Below, piece by piece: positions 49,028 to 59,777 of a stretch of 64,000 bases of DNA. The notes beneath the pieces are model-generated. The model was given only the letters and a program-made list of their open reading frames with translations, ran no database searches and was not told the origin of the DNA. The translations under genes and the position numbers were made by a program. The stretch covers positions 1-64,000 of the forward strand of contig CAVXJS010000008.1 in the NCBI GenBank assembly GCA_963762145.1. Direction: 5' to 3'. The first letter of the stretch is position 1. Each line of letters opens with the position of its first letter. The DNA comes from an uncultured Candidatus Rokubacteria bacterium. Its GTDB lineage: Bacteria; Methylomirabilota; Methylomirabilia; Rokubacteriales; CSP1-6.

Positions 49028-49973
49028 TCAGCGATGCCGGATCCGCGGGTCGATCCAGCCGTAGAGCAGGTCGACCATCAGGTTGCTCAGGATGAAGCCC
49101 ACCGCGATCAGCAGCACCACGCCCTGCACCAGCGGGTAGTCGCGCGCGAACACCGCGTCCACCACCAGGCGTCCCACGCCGGGCAGCGCGAACACGTACT
49201 CGGTGATGACCGCGCCGCCGATCAGGGTGCCGAGCTGCAGGCCGAGCACGGTGACCACCGGGATCAGCGCGTTCTTGAGCGCGTGCCGCCGGATCACCGC
49301 GCCGTCCGAGAGGCCCTTGGCGCGCGCGGTGCGGACGTAGTCCTCGGAGAGCGCCTCGAGCATGCTCGAGCGCAGCGTGCGCGTGATCACCGCGGCCAGG
49401 GCCAGGCCGAGCGTGATCGCGGGCAGCGCGAGCGAGCGAATCCCGTCCCAGGGCTCCTCCATCGGATCCACGTAGCCCGAGATCGGCAGCCAGCGGAGGG
49501 TGACGCCGAAGAGGAAGATCAGCAGCAGCGCGATCAGGAAGTTCGGCATGCAGATGCCGAAGAGGGCGAACGAGGTGCCGAAGCGGTCGAGCGGCGAGTT
49601 GCGGCGCGCCGCCGAGAGGATGCCGATCGGGATGGCCACCAGCAGCGAGATGGCCATCGCGAAGCCCGGCGAGCTGAAGGCTCGGCTTGATGCGCCGGCC
49701 CACGTTCTCGATCACCGGCTCCTGATTGCGGATGGACCGGCCGAGGTCGCCCTGGAGCAGGCGCCCCATCCACGTCGCGTACTGCAGGTAGAGCGGCCGG
49801 TCGAGGCCCAGGTCGCTCCGGAGCTGCCGCTTGACGCTGTCGTCTACCGACTCCGCCATCATCGCGTCGATCGGGTCGCCGGGCGTGAGGTGGATGAGCG
49901 CGAAGACCCCCGCGGTGACCAGCAGCAGCACCGGGATCGTCGCGAGCAGCCGGCGGAGGATCAGCAGGCCCAC
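49028..49973 (-). CDS. Peptide/nickel ABC permease (DppB-like), frameshifted
   Basis: PGDP, LGLDRPL, EDYVRTARAKGL, RDYPLVQG, IDPRIR. Confidence 0.92.
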
Positions 49974-49980
49974 CGCCGGG

Positions 49981-51562
49981 CTACTTCAGCCAGACGTCCT
50001 TGAAGCGCATCATGCCGTCCGGGATCGGGTCGTAGCCCTGCACCCGCGGGCTGAAGGCCTTGGGCTCGATCGGGTGGACGATGAAGATCATCGGCAGCTC
50101 GTCCTGCAGGATGCGCACGAGCTGGCTGAAGAGCTTCTTGCGCTCGGCCTGGCTCGAGAGCTCGCGCGACTTGTCGAGCAGGGCGTCGATCTGCGGGTTC
50201 GAGATGCCCGACCAGTTGAGCGAGGTGCCCGGCGTGGTCTTGATAGAACTGGTAGGTGTTGCCGTCGGGATCCGGCCGGCCGCTCCACTGGTAGCTGACC
50301 ATCTCGAAGTTCTTGCCGTTGCCGTCCGAGAGCAGCGTGGCCGAGTCCACCAGCTTGATCTTCATGGTGATCCCGGCCTCCGCGAGCTGGGCCTGGATCA
50401 CCTCGGCCTCCTGGACGTTGATCGGGATGTTGTTGGTGGTGACCGTGAAGGTGAAGCCGCCGGGCTTGCCGCCCTCCGCGAGCTTGGCCTTGGCCTTCGC
50501 GAGGTCGCGCTTGATGAACGGAATCGAGCGGTCGTAGGCCCAGCTCGTCGGCGGGATCGGCCCGTTGGCGGGCACGCCCACGTTGAGCCACACGCCCTTG
50601 ACGATCTGCTCGAGGTCGAGCGAGTAGGCCACCGCCTGACGGAGCGGCCTTGTTGTCGAACGGCGGCTTGGTGTGGTTGAGCTGGTAGGCGAAGTCGGCG
50701 AGCGACGGCACGTCGAGTACCACCACGTTCCGGTCGGCCTTCACGGCGGCCACGTCGCGCGGCTGCGACGTAGTCCATCACGTGGATCTCGCCCGCCTGG
50801 AGGCTCTGCAGCTTGACGGTGTCGTCCGGGATGGGCCGGTAGCGGATCTGCTCGAGGTAGGGCCCGCCCTGCTTGTTCCAGTAGTTGTCGTTCGCGTCGG
50901 ATGATGAGCCGGTCGTCCTTCACCCACTCCACGAACACGAAGGGCCCGGTGCCCGCGCCCCGGGCGTTGCGCTCGAGCTCGGCCCCCCGCTCCTGCGCCG
51001 TCTTGGGCGAGACCATCATGCCCGCGCGGTCGGTCAGAGTGGCGAGCAGCGCCGCGTCGGGCCGCTTCAGGTTCAGCCGCACCGTGTAGTCGTCCACCAC
51101 GTCCACCGTGTCGATGCTCGCCGTCTCACCCTTGCGCACCGACTTGGGCTCGGTCTTCATGCGGTTGAAGTTCCACTTCACCACCTCGGCGTTGAAGTCG
51201 GTCCCGTCGTGGAACTTCACCCCGCGGCGCAGCTTGAAGATGAGGGTCTTGGGGTCGGGCTGCTGCCAGGACTCGGCGAGCCCCGGCTTGATGCCGAGGT
51301 TGGCGTCGAGCACCACGAGCGGCTCGTAGATGTTGTGGTAGACCTGCCGGTCGATCTTGCTCCCCGACAGATGCGGGTCCATGGTGGCCGCCTCGACGTA
51401 GAAGCCGACGCGCAGGGTGCCGCCCTTCTTGGGGGTCTCCTGGGCCCACGCCCGCCCGGCGGCGCCGGGCGCGAGCGCGCTCGTCGCCCCCGCGAGCGCG
51501 GCGAGCCGGAGAAAGTCACGGCGAGATTCCGAGTGGGTCGCGTCGGGCTGCCTGGCCGCCAT
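49981..51562 (-). CDS. Family-5 ABC substrate-binding protein with Tat signal, frameshifted
   Basis: SRRDFLRLAALAG; PGLAESW, LRRGVKFHDGTDF, GTGPF. Confidence 0.9.
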
Positions 51563-51575
51563 ACCGTGTCCTCCT

Positions 51576-51630
51576 GAAGAGTGGGCCGAAGAGTGGGCTG
51601 AAGAGTGGGCCGAAGAGTGGGCCGAAGAGT
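51576..51630. repeat. 12-bp tandem repeat, four full units plus a partial
   Basis: GAAGAGTGGGC(C/T) x4 + GAAGAGT, intergenic, abutting the RBS of the SBP gene. Confidence 0.92.
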
Positions 51631-51645
51631 CGGTTGTCGGGTCGC

Positions 51646-52800
51646 CTACAGCCGGCTCTCGTCGATCTTGAGGCCGAGCCAGTGGCGGCCGACGAGCTCG
51701 TAGTGGGCCAGCCGGGCCTGCAGGTGCTGGCTCATCACGTGGACGTCCTGGAAATGGCGCTGGATCGGGCTCGACTCGTAGGCCGCGGTGGCGCCCGCCA
51801 TGTTGTAGACCATGTCCACCACCGAGACCGCGGTGCGGATGCCGTCGGTGGTGGCCAGGCGCAGCACCGCGCGCTGCTCGAGCGTGACCGCCCCGTGGGT
51901 GACCACCGCGTCCCAGATCCCGCCCACCGCCTCCCGGAGAAAGGCGAGGCCCGACCGCACCCGTGCCTCGGCGCGGCCCACCTCGTTCTGGATCATCGGC
52001 TGGTCGCGCAGCAGCGCGTCCATGGCCCGCGGGGTCTTGGTGGTGGCCAGCTCCATGAACGCGTCCAGGCAGCTCCGGGCGGTGCCGAGCGCCACCGCCG
52101 CGTCCCCGGAGGCGAAGACCAGCGTGCGCGGCAGCCGGTAGAGCGGGCCCGGCTCGACCAGCGGCGCGGTCACCGACTTCACCGTCCGGTCCTCGGGCAC
52201 GAACACGTCGTCCACCTGGAAGTGGTTCGTGCCGGTGCCGCGCATGCCGCGGACCTGCCAGGTGTCGAGGATCTGGGCCTCCGCGCGCGGCACGAAGCAG
52301 TAGCGCATCTCGGGCTGGCCGTCGTCGAGCCGGGGGCGGCCCTGCTCGGTGACGGTGGTGTGGGCGGCCAGCCACGAGGCGTGCCGGCTGCCGGTGCTGA
52401 AGCCCTGGCGGCCGGTGACCCGGTAGCCGCCCGGCACCACGATGGCCTGCGCGCTGGCCTGCGGCGTGTTGGCCACCACGCTGCGCGGGGTGTCGATCCA
52501 GATGGCCCGCGCGGCCGAGGGCTCCATTCGCGCCGCGTAGGTCGCGAAGACCGAGACCTGGTTGGTCACCCATGCGGTGCTCGCGTCGGCCCGCCCGAGC
52601 TCCTCGATCACCTGGATGTAGCTCGGCAGGTCCATCTCGAAGCCGCCGAGCGTCCGCGGCAACACGAGCCGGAAGAGGCCCGCGTCGGCCATCGCCTCGA
52701 AGAGCGGACGCGGCAGCTCGCGCAGCGCGTCCGTCTCCGGGGCCGACGACCGGATCAGCGGCGCGAGCTTCCGCGCCGTCTCGAGCGGCGACGGGGTCAC
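51646..52800 (-). CDS. Acyl-CoA-dehydrogenase-fold flavin monooxygenase (HsaA/C2-like)
   Basis: LGRADASTAW, GGYRVTG..FSTG, DTWQVRGMRGTGT, IQRHFQDVHV..QH. Confidence 0.88.
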   Translation of the reverse strand: MTPSPLETARKLAPLIRSSAPETDALRELPRPLFEAMADAGLFRLVLPRTLGGFEMDLPSYIQVIEELGRADASTAWVTNQVSVFATYAARMEPSAARAIWIDTPRSVVANTPQASAQAIVVPGGYRVTGRQGFSTGSRHASWLAAHTTVTEQGRPRLDDGQPEMRYCFVPRAEAQILDTWQVRGMRGTGTNHFQVDDVFVPEDRTVKSVTAPLVEPGPLYRLPRTLVFASGDAAVALGTARSCLDAFMELATTKTPRAMDALLRDQPMIQNEVGRAEARVRSGLAFLREAVGGIWDAVVTHGAVTLEQRAVLRLATTDGIRTAVSVVDMVYNMAGATAAYESSPIQRHFQDVHVMSQHLQARLAHYELVGRHWLGLKIDESRL

Positions 52801-53117
52801 TGGATCGGCGAGTGCGGCGTCGCGGTCAGGCGGGTCACCTTGATCTGCTCGCGGTCGATCATGGTGCCGACCCGCGCGGAGATCTCGTTCTTCCAGTAGT
52901 CGCTCTGGTAGACCGCGTCGTAGAGCCGCTTCCGCTCCGCCTCGCTGTCGAAGCGGCGGATCCAGACGTAGACCGACTGGTCCTCCTCGCCGACGAAGCT
53001 GCCGAGGATGACCATGCCCATCTTGACCTGGAACGGGATGATCTCCTCCTCCATGCACTTGACCCACTTCTCCTGCTGCCCGGGACGGATGTGGTACTGC
53101 CTGAGCTCGAAGAACAT
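52797..53117 (-). CDS. NIPSNAP-family protein
   Basis: MFFELRQYHIRPG, YVWIRRFDS, LTATPHSPIQ. Confidence 0.85.
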   Translation of the reverse strand: MFFELRQYHIRPGQQEKWVKCMEEEIIPFQVKMGMVILGSFVGEEDQSVYVWIRRFDSEAERKRLYDAVYQSDYWKNEISARVGTMIDREQIKVTRLTATPHSPIQ

Positions 53118-54290
53118 CACGGCCTCCTCGGTTCGAGTGCACTCCCCGCCAGCCAGTCCGCCACCGCCCCGCACCCGGCGTGATCCGGGCGCTCCCGGGC
53201 CAGATCCAGCGCCGTCTTGCCGTCCCCGTTCCGCCGGGCCGGATCCGCGCCCGCGTCCAGCAGCAGCTTCACCGTCTCCAGGGCCCCCGCGCGCGCCGCC
53301 TCGTGCAGCGGGCCGCCGCGCGCGCTCGTCGCCTGGGCCAGGCGTCGGTCCTCGACCAGCCGCTGCCGCACCTTCGACACCCACCCCCAGCTCGCGGCCA
53401 CGCAGATCCCGAACGCCTCAGGCGTGCAGCCTAGCACGGGATCGCGAAGCGTGGGATCCGCGCCCGCGGCGCGCAGGAGGGCCACCACCGGGGCCGCTCC
53501 CGCGAAGTACGCCCAGTGGAGCGCCGTGCCGCCCGCGAAGGCACGGAAGGCCAGGTCGGGGCCGTGCGCGAGGAGCTCCCGCACCGCCCCCTCGTGGCCG
53601 GCACGACAGGCGATGTAGAGGGCGTCGGCCACGATCTCGGGGACGGAGTCGGGCGGGCACGGCAGCCGGGTGCCGTCCGGAGCGAAGCGCGTGCTCCCGG
53701 TCTTCGAGGCGCCGGTCTTCGGACGGCCGTCGGGGCCGAAGAAGGCGCGGATCCGCTCGACGTCGCCCAGGCCGGCGGCGCAGAAGAGGTCGGGCTCCAC
53801 GCCGGCCCGCACCAGCGCCCGCGCCGCGTCGAAGGACTCTGCGGTCACCGCCCAGGACAGCGGGGTGTGCGCGGAGTGTGCGTAGGCCCGGCCCGGGTCC
53901 GCGCCGCGGCTCAGCAGCACCGGGACCAGGCCGGCGCGGTTCGCATCGACGGCGGCCAGCAGCGGCGTCTGGCCATCGGCGTCGCGCGCGTTGGCCAGGC
54001 CGGGATCGGCGTCGAGCAGCCGGCCCACGGTGCCCTCGTCGCCGACGCTTGATCGCGTCGAAGAGCTCGCTCGACCGGTCGGGCGGCGCGATCCGGCGGC
54101 AGCGCCGATCGAGCCGGGCGCGCAGCGCGCGCCAGCTCGTGAAGCCGTGCTCCCGCGCGTACCGCGAGCTGGGCGGTCGGCCAGACGCGCGTGCCGGGTT
54201 GCACGCGAAGCAGCGTCGGGTGAGTCGACCCTTCACGCGGACCGTCAGCCGCCTGGTCGGCTGGGACAAGTCTACGACGGGTCGCCGCCA
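53117..54290 (-). CDS. Ankyrin-repeat protein, frameshifted, start uncertain
   Basis: DGQTPLLAA, HTPLSWA, GGTALHWA, GPLHEAA, DGKTALDLA; N-terminal AREHGFTSW motif in another frame. Confidence 0.82.
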
Positions 54291-54321
54291 GGTCAAGGCC
54301 TCGTGTAGAATCCCGAGGGTC

Positions 54322-55359
54322 ATGACCCACCTCGTCTGCGGCTGCTGCCATGTGCGCGCGGCCGCCCCGGTCGCGCTCGCGGCGCCGCGCGGACCGCGCC
54401 GTCCGGCCCCGGCCTCCCACGGCCGCCCCGCCGCGGCCGCCCCGCGCGCCGCCGCCAACCCCGGCGTCCAGGGCTATTCCCCGCCGCCGCCCCCGGTCAG
54501 CCCGATCAAGGGGCTGATCGACTTCCACACCCACGCGGCGCCCGACATCTTCGGCCGGGCCCTCGACGACGACGAGCTCGCCACGCTGGCCGCCACGCGC
54601 CAGATGGAGGCGGTGGTCTTCAAGAACCACGTGACCCACACCGCCGACCGGGCCTTCCTCGTCCGCAAGCACGTACCGGGCATCAAGGTGTTCGGCGGCA
54701 TCACCCTCAACCACGCGGTCGGCGGGCTCAATCCGCAAGCGGTCGAGTGGATGTGGCGGATGCAGGGCGGCTTCGGCCGCGTGGTCTGGTTCCCGACGTT
54801 CGACGCCGATAACCACGTGAAGCGCGCAGGCACCGCGCCGGCCGGGATCCGCGTGCTGGACGAGCGCGGCCAGGTCCTGCCCGCGGCGCGCGCGGTGCTG
54901 AAGGTCTGCGCGGCCCAGCGCCTCGTGGTGCAGACCGGGCACGCCTCGCCCGACGAGGCGCTGGCCCTCATCGCGGCCGCGCGCGAGGAAGGCTGCGAGC
55001 GGATCGTGGTCACCCACGCCCAGTTCGACGTGGTGGGCATGAGCCTGGCGCACATGAAGAAGGCGGCGGCCCTCGGGGCCAAGCTCGAGCTCTGCGCCCT
55101 GCTCATGCTGTCCGGGCCGACCTCCCCGCTCGAGTTCATGCACCACACCGCGCGGGTGGAAGTCTCGGACACCGCGGCCCGCATCAAGGCGGTGGGCGCC
55201 CAGCACTTCGTGCTCGGCACCGACCTGGGCCAGGCCGGCAACCCCACCCCCGCCGACGGCCTCCAGATGCTGGTGGGCGGCCTCATGAAGGAAGGCATCA
55301 CCCGCGACCAGATCCAGACCATGGGGCGCGAGATTCCGGGCGCGCTCTTGATGGGCTGA
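54322..55359 (+). CDS. Amidohydrolase-fold protein (DUF6282-like), N-terminus frameshifted
   Basis: IDFHTHAAPD, FKNH, GGLNPQAVE, VWFPT, TGH, VTHA, GTDLGQ. Confidence 0.75.
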   Translation: MTHLVCGCCHVRAAAPVALAAPRGPRRPAPASHGRPAAAAPRAAANPGVQGYSPPPPPVSPIKGLIDFHTHAAPDIFGRALDDDELATLAATRQMEAVVFKNHVTHTADRAFLVRKHVPGIKVFGGITLNHAVGGLNPQAVEWMWRMQGGFGRVVWFPTFDADNHVKRAGTAPAGIRVLDERGQVLPAARAVLKVCAAQRLVVQTGHASPDEALALIAAAREEGCERIVVTHAQFDVVGMSLAHMKKAAALGAKLELCALLMLSGPTSPLEFMHHTARVEVSDTAARIKAVGAQHFVLGTDLGQAGNPTPADGLQMLVGGLMKEGITRDQIQTMGREIPGALLMG

Positions 55360-55373
55360 CGGAGACCCGCGCC

Positions 55374-56652
55374 ATGGCACTGCACATCGAAGTCATCTGC
55401 ACGGGGGACGAGGTGCTGACCGGCAAGATCGTCAACACCAACTTCAGCTACATCACCCAGAAGCTGGAGGACGTCGGGCTCTCCGTGCAGTGGGAGACCA
55501 CGGTCGGCGACGACCGGGAGAACCTGCTGCGGGCCTTCCAGCTCGCGGGCGAGCGCGCGGACGCGGTCATCGTCAACGGCGGCCTCGGGCCCACCGTGGA
55601 CGATCTCTCGCAGGAGATCGCGGCCAAGGCGGCCGGGGTCGAGCTCGCGCTGAACGAGGACTGGCTCAAGCGCATGGAGGACTTCTTCCAGCGCCGCAGC
55701 CGGGTGATGCCGCCCAACAACCGCAAGCAGGCCATGCTACCGACCACCTCAGAGGTCATCGACAACCCGATCGGCACCGCGTGCGGCTTCGCGGTGGACA
55801 TCGGCCGGGCGCGCTTCTACTTCACGCCCGGCGTCCCGCGGGAGCTGCGGCGCATGCTGGAGGAGCAGATCGTGCCGCGCCTGCTCGCCAAGGCCGGCCT
55901 GCCCGGGGCCATCTTCCTCAAGCGCTTCCACTCCTACGGGCTCGGCGAGTCGCACGTGGACTCCCTCCTGGCCGGCGTGGAGGACCTCGTGCCGGACGGC
56001 AGCGTGAAGCTCGGCTTCCGCGCCCACTACCCGCAGCTCGAGACCAAGCTGACCGCGCGCGGCCGCGACATGGACGACATCCGCCGCAAGCTCGAGCCGG
56101 TGGAGCGCGAGGTGCGCAAGCGCGTCGGCAACTTCATCCTGGGCGAGGACGACCAGACCCTCGAGGGCGTCATCCTGAAAGAGCTCCAGGGCCAGGCGGG
56201 CACGCTCTCGCTGGTCGAGACGTTCACGAGCGGACAGATGGCCGCGCGGCTCGCCCACCTGCCCGGCGCCGACGCGGTGTTCCGGCGCGGCGTCATCGCG
56301 CGCGCCCTGCCCGAGGTGTGGGCCGCGGTCGGGCTCACCGGCCCCGCGCCGGACGGCCCGCTGACCCCGACAGGTCGCGGAGACGGTGGCACGCGCGGCG
56401 CGGAGCCAGACCGGCGCCACCCACGCCCTCGCGGTGCTGATCGATCTCGACGACGGCCCCGACCGGATCGAGTTCGGCGGCACCATCTGCCTCGCGATCG
56501 CCACCGCGGGCGACGTGGCCTCGCGCAAGGCCCGCATCCTGGGCGGGCGCGACTGGGTGCGCCTCGGCGCGGTCGAGATGGGGCTCGACTGCCTGCGCCG
56601 CTACCTGCAGAAGCTGCCCGTGTACGAGCGGATCGACTTCGAGAAGACGTAG
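55374..56652 (+). CDS. cinA: CinA-family protein (MoCF-like domain plus divergent PncC-like domain), frameshifted
   Basis: GDEVLTGKIVNTN, VGDD, GGLGPTVDDL, NRKQA, GTACG, PGVPREL. Confidence 0.85.
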
Positions 56653-56663
56653 GAGGCTCCCTC

Positions 56664-57499
56664 ATGAAGACCCCGGTGGAGAAGGCGGCCGCCTTCCGCG
56701 CGCTGCACGAGCGGCCCGGCGCCTTCGTGATCCCGAACCCCTGGGACGCGGGTACCGCGCGGCTCCTCGCCTCGCTCGGCTTCGAGGCCCTCGCCACCAC
56801 CAGCCTCGGGCTCGCCAACTCGCTCGGGCGGCGTGGACGGCACCAACGGGGTGAGCCGCGCCCAGGTGATCGAGAACTGCCGGGTGATCGCGGCGGCGAC
56901 CGACCTGCCGGTGAACGCGGACCTGGAGAACGGCTACGCCCACGAGCCGCGCGCCGCGGCCGAGATCATCCGGCTCGCCGCGGCGGCCGGCATCTCGGGC
57001 GGCTCGATCGAGGACGCCACCGGCGAGCCCGAGAAGCCGATCTACGACTTCCATCTCGCGGTCGAGCGCGTGCAGGCCGCGGTCGAGGTGGCGCGCGCCC
57101 TGCCCGTGCCCTTCATGCTGACCGCGCGCGCCGAGAACCTCCTGCACGGGCGCCTCGATCTCGACGACACCATCCGGCGCCTGCAGGCCTTCGAGAAGGC
57201 GGGCGCCGACGTGCTCTATGCGCCCGGCGTGCCGGGACCTCGCCACCATCCGCACCGTGGTGTCGGCGGTGAGCAAGCCGGTCAACGTGGTGATGAGCGC
57301 GGCGGATCCCGATCTCACGGTGGCCCAGCTCGCCGGCGTCGGCGTGAAGCGCATCAGCGTGGGCGGCGCGCTCTCCCGCCTGGCCCTGGCCGCCTTCATG
57401 AAGGGCGCCCGCGAGATGGCGGAGCGCGGCGGCTTCACCTGGATGCGCGACACCGTGCCGACCAAGGAGCTGAAGGACGTGTTCCGGAGGTGGCCGTAG
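56664..57499 (+). CDS. Isocitrate lyase/PEP mutase-family protein, frameshifted
   Basis: FRALH..IPNPWDAG, ATTS, NADLENGY, GSIED, LTARAEN, AGADVLYAPG. Confidence 0.88.
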
Positions 57500-57503
57500 G
57501 CCC

Positions 57504-58376
57504 ATGATGCCGATCACGGTCACCTGCCTCACGCCCGCCTTCGCCGCGCGGATCGACGGCGTCGACATCAGCCGCCCGCTCGACGAGCCCAGTGGGCCGG
57601 CCATCCGCGCCGCCTTCGACGAGCACTCCGTGCTCCTCTTCCGCGGCGCCGCGCTGGACGACGAGACGCAGGTCGCCTTCAGCCTGCGCTTCGGCGCGCT
57701 CGAGGTGACCCGGAGCATGAACCCGGCCGCGGGCACGCCCTTCGCGCGCCAGTCGAACCTCGACATCAAGACCGGCGAGGTCATCCCCGCCGAGGACCGG
57801 CGGATGGTCTACCAGCTCGCCAACATGCTCTGGCACAGCGATAGCTCCTTCAAGCCGGTGCCCTCGCTCTGCTCGCTCCTCACCGGGCGGATCGTGCCGC
57901 CCGAGGGCGGCGCCACCGAGTTCGCGAGCGCGCGCGCCGCCTACCCTCGCTGCCGGAGGACCTGGAAGCGACGCGCGGAGGCACGCCGTCGCCGTCCACG
58001 ACTTCGCGTGGTCGCGCGACCAGGTCCGGCCGGGCTTCTTCACCGCCGAGGAGCGCGCCTGTACTCCCCGGTGCGCCACCGGCTCGTGCGCGCCAATCCG
58101 GTGAACGGCCGCCGCGCGCCCTCTTCCTGGGCGCGCACGCCTCCCACCTCGAGGGTCTGCCGATCGACGAGGGCCGCGCGCTCCTCCGGGGCCCGCTCGA
58201 TTACGTCACCCAGCCCGAGTTCTGTACCGGCACGAGTGGGAGGCGGGCGACCTCGTGGATCTGGGACAACCGCTGCGTGCTCCACCGCGCCACTCCGTAC
58301 GACACCGAGCGCCACCAGCGCCTCATGCAGCGGACCACCATCGTCGGGCGACCCCGCGGAGCCCGTGGCGCGATGA
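57504..58376 (+). CDS. TauD/TfdA-family Fe(II)/2-oxoglutarate dioxygenase, frameshifted
   Basis: NMLWHSDSSF, PPEGGATEFAS, WDNR..LHRA. Confidence 0.88.
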   Translation: MMPITVTCLTPAFAARIDGVDISRPLDEPSGPAIRAAFDEHSVLLFRGAALDDETQVAFSLRFGALEVTRSMNPAAGTPFARQSNLDIKTGEVIPAEDRRMVYQLANMLWHSDSSFKPVPSLCSLLTGRIVPPEGGATEFASARAAYPRCRRTWKRRAEARRRRPRLRVVARPGPAGLLHRRGARLYSPVRHRLVRANPVNGRRAPSSWARTPPTSRVCRSTRAARSSGARSITSPSPSSVPARVGGGRPRGSGTTAACSTAPLRTTPSATSASCSGPPSSGDPAEPVAR

Positions 58377-59376
58377 AGCAGGTCGTGCTCGATCGCTACG
58401 GCGCGCCGGAAGACGTGCCGCGTGCGCCGAGGTTCCCGACGTCGGCGCGCCCGCGGCGGGCGAAGTCGTGTTCGACGTGCTCCTCTTCCCGATCAATCCC
58501 GGCGGATGTCTCGTTCTGCCAAGGGACTCTATCGCCTGCAGGCCGGCCCTGCCCGCGGCACCGGGCGCCGAGTGCGTCGGGCGCGTCACCGCGGTCGGCG
58601 CCGGCGTCTCGCACGTGAAGCCGGGCGATCTCGTCATCAACCTGCAGCGCGAGAACTGGACCCAGCGGCGCCGTGTCGACGCCGACGACGTGATCGCGGT
58701 GCCGGCCGCGCTCGACCTCCGCCAGGCCGCCATGCTGCGCATCAACCCGCCGACGGCGCTCCTGCTCCTGACCGACATCGTCGAGTTGAAGCCGGGCGAC
58801 TGGGTGATCCAGAACGTCGCCAACTCGGCCGTCGGCCGGCTTCTCATCCGCCTGCGCAGGCGCGCGGGCTGCGCACGCTGAACGTGGTGCGGCGCCCCTC
58901 GCTGTTCGCCGAGCTCGAGGCACTCGGCGCCGACGCCTGCGCCGTCGACGGGCCCGACCTCGCCGAAACCGTGAGGGCCGGACCGGCGGCGCCTCGATTC
59001 GCCTCGGCATCGACGCGGTCTCCGGCCGCGCGACGACCCGCCTCTCCTCGTGCCTCGGCGAGGGCGGCGTCGTGTGCAACTACGGGTCGATGTCCGGCGA
59101 GGATCCGGTGATGTCGCGCGGCGCGCTGACCTCCGGGGGCCAGAAGCTGGTGGGCTTCGTCCTCGGGCGAGGGCTCGCCACGCGCTCGCTCACGCAGATC
59201 CGCGCCCTCTACGCCGACCTCGCCCAGCAGCTTCTCGACGGACGCCTCTCCGCGCCCGTCGAGAAGATCTACCCGATCGAGGAGATCAAGACGGCCCTGG
59301 CCCACGCCCAGCAGGGCGAGCGCACGGGCAAGATCCTGGTCGCCCCAACGGGCCGATCCAGGGAGGCCCGGCATGA
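58373..59376 (+). CDS. MDR-family enoyl-thioester-reductase-like oxidoreductase, frameshifted
   Basis: PINP.D, PGAECVG, AAMLRINPPTA, IQNVANSAVG, NYGSMSG, GKIL. Confidence 0.85.
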
Positions 59377-59777
59377 TCAGGCCCAATCTGCTCGCGTGGC
59401 AATGGAACGACTACGCGGCCAAGCATCGCGACCGCGTGAACCTGCTGGTCCACCTGGTGGCGGTGCCTCTGTTCCAGGTCGGCACGCTGCTCCTTCTGGC
59501 CGGCATGGGCGCCCGGTCCGTCCCCGGAATCGGCATCGGCCTGGCCTGCCTCGCGGCCGGAGTCCTGATCGAAGGCCGAGGGCACGCGCGGAGCGGCGAA
59601 GCGCCCGTACCGTTCGATGGACCGATCGACTTCGCGAGCCGCTTCGTCGTCGAGCAGTGGATCACGTTTCCGCGCTTCGTCCTGAGCGGAGCGTGGCGGC
59701 GCAACTTCCGGGCGGCGGCGGCGCCGCGGGTAGGGGCCCGGGCTCGCCGGGGTCAGGCCCGCAGCACCTTCGCGTAG
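59373..59777 (+). CDS. DUF962/Mpo1-like membrane protein
   Basis: Y...HRDRVNLLVHLVAVPLF; GRGH. Confidence 0.6.
   Translation: MIRPNLLAWQWNDYAAKHRDRVNLLVHLVAVPLFQVGTLLLLAGMGARSVPGIGIGLACLAAGVLIEGRGHARSGEAPVPFDGPIDFASRFVVEQWITFPRFVLSGAWRRNFRAAAAPRVGARARRGQARSTFA

Noticed and set aside
51576-51630. CRISPR array
   Set aside because: 12-bp units with no spacers and no cas genes
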